The notes under the pieces are model-generated. The model did no database searches. It saw only the letters and a program-made list of their open reading frames with translations, and was not told the origin of the DNA. The position numbers and the translations under genes are program-made. A DNA stretch of 64,000 bases from Psammoneis japonica (taxonomy: Eukaryota). Below are positions 60,121 to 64,000 of this stretch, one piece after another; position 1 is the first letter of the stretch, and every line of letters begins with the position of its first letter. Location: the NCBI GenBank assembly GCA_008632985.1, contig QPGO01000012.1:434001-498000 (forward strand), read 5' to 3'.

Positions 60121-60396
60121 TGACAGGATTTGAACAGGATTCAGGTGCGCGCGACATGTCGCGCGCTGTTCAGTTCACCGCGCACAGTTTTGTGTGCTTT
60201 GGTTCCACGCGTTCGCGCACGATGCAGTTTGCTTTCGAGCCACAAGGCTCACAAGAATGATGACAGTGGCCCAATCACACCGACTCACACGTCTTTTGGC
60301 TCCTGCAACGGTCTCTGAGCGGAGACTCATCTGCTGTTTAGACAGCAGCAAGGAGTTGTTGTTTGAATTCTTGCCATTTGCCTTCAATTTCTGTCA
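60121..60396 (+). repeat. 5' LTR of the right element (276 bp)
   Basis: TGACAGGATTT...AATTTCTGTCA, the reverse complement of 56507-56782. Confidence 0.9.
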
Positions 60397-63300
60397 GATT
60401 GACAGTCTTGCTCATTGTCAACCCATTGAGCAACCGCCATCGTCGTCGTTGATTTGCCGATGACGCCACTTCAATTCTGCGTGGACCTCCGCATGTGTTC
60501 TACGTACATTGGCAAGTCTGCGCGCATTCAATGCCAGGCATCTGCAGGAATTTAACGTCACCGTCAAGTCTCCTTGCCGCTGGACATCTGGATTGATCAC
60601 ACTGCTTTTCATCGCTGAAGACATGCATTCAACGGTCACATCCAAGTCTGTCCTTGATCCTCATCCCTTGACACACCCATTCAACGGTTGACGGTCAAGA
60701 ACCCTGCATGTTCAAGGATCTTCGTCGCTGAAGACATGCACATGCATGTCTTCACGGCCAAGGACTTGAACCCACTCTTTGGACTGCGGCTTTGCTGCCA
60801 CTCTACAAGCACACTGAGTCTGTTGCACCTGATCCACCCCAGATTGCTGGTGCTCTGCAGTTCCACCAGGTCCACGAGGACAACTGTGAGAGCAAGCAGC
60901 CGTGATTGCAGCCTGCGTTGGGGCGAGGGTGTTTTCCCGCATTTGTTCGTTCATCCACAGCGCCCAATGCCTGCGTCAGCTGGCCAGCCTGATCGGGAAA
61001 TCCAACCGACACAAAATGAGAATGGCTCAGGGGTCTTGTCCACCTCTGGTCAGCTCACCTGCAGGGGTTTGCAACCCACTGCTCCGCTCGCAAGCAACCC
61101 AAAGTGCCGCCAGCTGCGGGTTCGGACGTGCCGGCACAACTCTACGGACCGGATGGGAAGTTTAGCACTCAACAACGAACGGGATGGCACACCCCGGCGA
61201 CTTCTGATTTTCAAGACAGTTCAAGATTTCAATTCAAGTCCACTTCAAGTCAAGTCCATTCTCACCCAAGTTTCAAGTCCACCTTCGCGTCCCAACAAGA
61301 ATCGCTTGTCCTGACACCGCTTTTGTCTGTCGTGGTTCTCACTCGTCAGCAACAAACCGATGGTTTCGAGCACGTTGTTGGAACCATGCTTGCCCAAGGT
61401 GCTGGAAGCCCTCTTCGTTTGGCTTTGACCCATGACGGCACGGACTCGCACCAAGAACTGTTCACGTTCATGCCGTCCCAAATCAACTCGCTTGAGCACG
61501 ATGACGGCATTGATGTGATCCCTTTGCCCCACGGTTATAAGAACATGTTAGCAGCTCTAGTTAGTCTGCACATTGTCAAAGCACACAAAGGTCTCGACGT
61601 TGCCAATGACTCCTCGTTGTTCACGCATGAGGAGTTCCTTGCCTGCCGCCTCAGCCCCGACTGCATGTCTTCTGTGTCCGTCGGCAGCTCGCCCCTCGCA
61701 CCTCCGCATGTCACCAACCCGACCAAGGCACGCGACCCAGTGCAAGACTTCAAGCGAGGCATCAAGCGTGACCCCACCGCTTTCACAGCTCTCAAATCCG
61801 ACAAGCAGTGGCACACTTGGCACACCTCACTTGTGGCACAAGCCCGTGCCCAAGACATTGAGTGCATTCTAGACTCGTCGTACAAACCGTCCAGCCCTGA
61901 AGACAAACTGCTCTTTGCTGAACAGCAAAAGCACATGTTCGCCGTCTTCGAATGCATCCTTCTCACCGACAAGGGCAAGGCTCTCATTCGCGAAAATGTG
62001 GGGTCTTCTGACGCCCAGACCGTCTGCCACGCCTTGTCCGAGCATGCGCTTGCCTCCACCCGCGCTTCCATCGAGTCCTCCACCTTGCTCACGTGCCTCA
62101 CCACCGCACGTCTTGGTGATGGCACTTGGAAAGTTCCGATCCACGGGTTCATCCTTCATTGGCAAGATCAGTTGCGCAAGTGCAAGGCACTCATCCCGGC
62201 CAGCGACCACTTCTCTGAAGGACAGAAGTGCGTCATGCTCGAGAATGCCGCACATCCTGTCGAGGAACTCCGCGCCGTCAAGAACCAAGCTGATCAGCAT
62301 CACACGCAGAGTGGCAAGAGCCTCACATGCGATCAACATTGTGGCTTGCTCCTCTCCGCGGCGGCTCAATGCGACAGTGCGTTTCAACCCAAGACGACAC
62401 CTTGAGCTCCCCGACGCACCATGTGCGCACATGACGTCTTCTCCGAGGAACCATCCGATGATGTGTTCTGTGACATCGACAGCGACATTGACGTCCTTCA
62501 GGCCAACGCTGCCTGCACCCGTGGTCCCAGCCTCACCGGTGACCAATGGAAACGTCTCCCTCCCGACCACCAACAGATTTGGGATTCGTTGCCCCATTCC
62601 TCCAAGGCGATCATCCTTGAGCATTCTCGTCCGCCTCCCCGCAACCCGCAAGCCAGCAACCACCATGAGTCCATTGCGGCCAACCTTCACGACCAACGAC
62701 TTGGGAGTGACGGTGATGTCAACTTGTCCAACACGACTCCTGCTGACTCTGGTGACCCTGCTCCAAATGTGGGTGCCACTTCAGACAATCCCATTCTGGC
62801 GCACCTCACCAAGTGCAAGCCACTGCCACCCGGTGATCTGCAACACCTGTTGTCTCCCAACCAAGCCCCCAACGCCAGTCGACCGGGCCCATCCGCCAAC
62901 TCCCTCTACCTCGCCTGCTCCTGCAGATGACATGGAACTCAACGGCCGCACTTGCCGCCGCGTCAATGACCACAATGTCATTTGCTCTGCCTCCGCTCAT
63001 CGCTCCACATGCACTGGTGCTCTGGTCCATCGTGGAGCCAACGGCGGCATTGCTGGTGACGACGTTCGCGTCATTGCACGCACCTCTCGCCAAGTCGACG
63101 TTCAGGGCATTGACGACCATCAATTGGTGGACATCCCCATTGTCACTGCTGGTGCCGTCATTGAGACACAGTGTGGTCCCGTCATCGCCATCCTCCATCA
63201 GTGCACATGCACGGGAAAGGGCAAGACCATTCATTCCTGCGGCCAGCTCGAATGGTGCAAACATGATGTCAACGATCGCTCTGTCACGGTGCCCAACGGC

Positions 63301-64000
63301 TTGCAATGTGTCGCCACCCCTGATGGCCATGTCATCCCAATTGACATCAAGGGCGGCCTGCCTCATGTTGCCATGCGTCCCTGCACTGACGCCGAATGGG
63401 ACACCCTGCCCCATGTCATCCTCACCGGTGATGACACATGGGATCCTTCCGTCCTCGATCACTCCATCACTGATGACGACCAGTGGTGCGACGCGATCTC
63501 TGACCTGCAGGACGATCCCACTGCCAACCCATTTGACGAGTGCGGCAACTGCCGTCACCGTGTCGTTGTCAACAAGGCCATCATGTCCGCCTCCTTGTCT
63601 GCTGATCACGCGTCCATCCTCGATGACCACCTCATTCCGAATGACGACGTGTTCTGCGAGTGTCATCTACACGCGATTGACCCCAAGGACGACAACGTTC
63701 CGCCCCCGGAGCGCACTGTGCAGCCCAAGGACCCCCCCTGCGAGTCTCTTCGGCCTCACTTTGGTTTCCAACCTGCCGATGCGGTTCGTCGTACTTTCGA
63801 CTGCACCATGCAGTGCGCCCGCATGCCCGCCGGTGCACACCTTAAGAAGGCCCACAAATCGCCCAACCCCACCCTTAATGTGCACCGCCGCAACGAGCCC
63901 ATCACCACTGACACCGTTTGTGCCGACACCCCGGCCGTCGACTCTGGTTGCACCAGCGCCCAACTGTTTGTTGCCACCGAGTCTACCGTCACTGACGTCT
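60121..64000 (+). mobile_element. Degenerate Ty1/copia (CoDi-like) element: LTR, long leader, gag, protease and start of integrase; runs off the window
   Basis: gag starts at 61332 (GTG in place of ATG) with DFKRGIKRDPTAF and FILHWQDQLR. Protease reads ALVHRGANGG (normally LVDRGANGG), then LPHVILTGDDTWDPS and HRRNEPITTDTV. Stops at 62403 and 62928. Tyr->Cys/His throughout. Confidence 0.92.

Overview
Eukaryotic nuclear DNA, most likely from a diatom. This is inferred from CoDi-type Ty1/copia elements, short GT-AG introns, a bipartite plastid-type presequence and a DUF1800-DUF1501 fusion gene. The window is a mosaic of two sharply bounded sequence states. State A is ordinary gene-bearing DNA (about 13.54-15.88, 20.0-32.17 and 33.36-48.32 kb). 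It holds a nuclease-fold+kinase protein, a secreted CBM-like protein, a GT23-like fucosyltransferase, a BT1 folate transporter, a scramblase, a patatin, a TraB-domain protein, a GH16 glucanase, the DUF1800-DUF1501 fusion and mitochondrial uL15. State B is repeat/transposon DNA (1-13.54, 15.88-19.7, 32.17-33.35 and 48.32-64 kb) from which the TpA dinucleotide has been almost erased by TA->TG/CA transitions. Conserved Tyr codons read Cys/His (RT YVDD -> CVDD), and one homologous LTR site is seen as TA, TG and CA in three copies. This looks like a repeat-targeted hypermutation process analogous to fungal RIP, but with the opposite direction and a different target. Extra CpG loss is confined to the cores of the older blocks. 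The window also contains a complete non-autonomous LTR element with TSD, lying head-to-head with a related gag-pol element, and a mutated SHMT gene fragment. All family assignments are by motif recognition; no database searches were run and all counts are manual.
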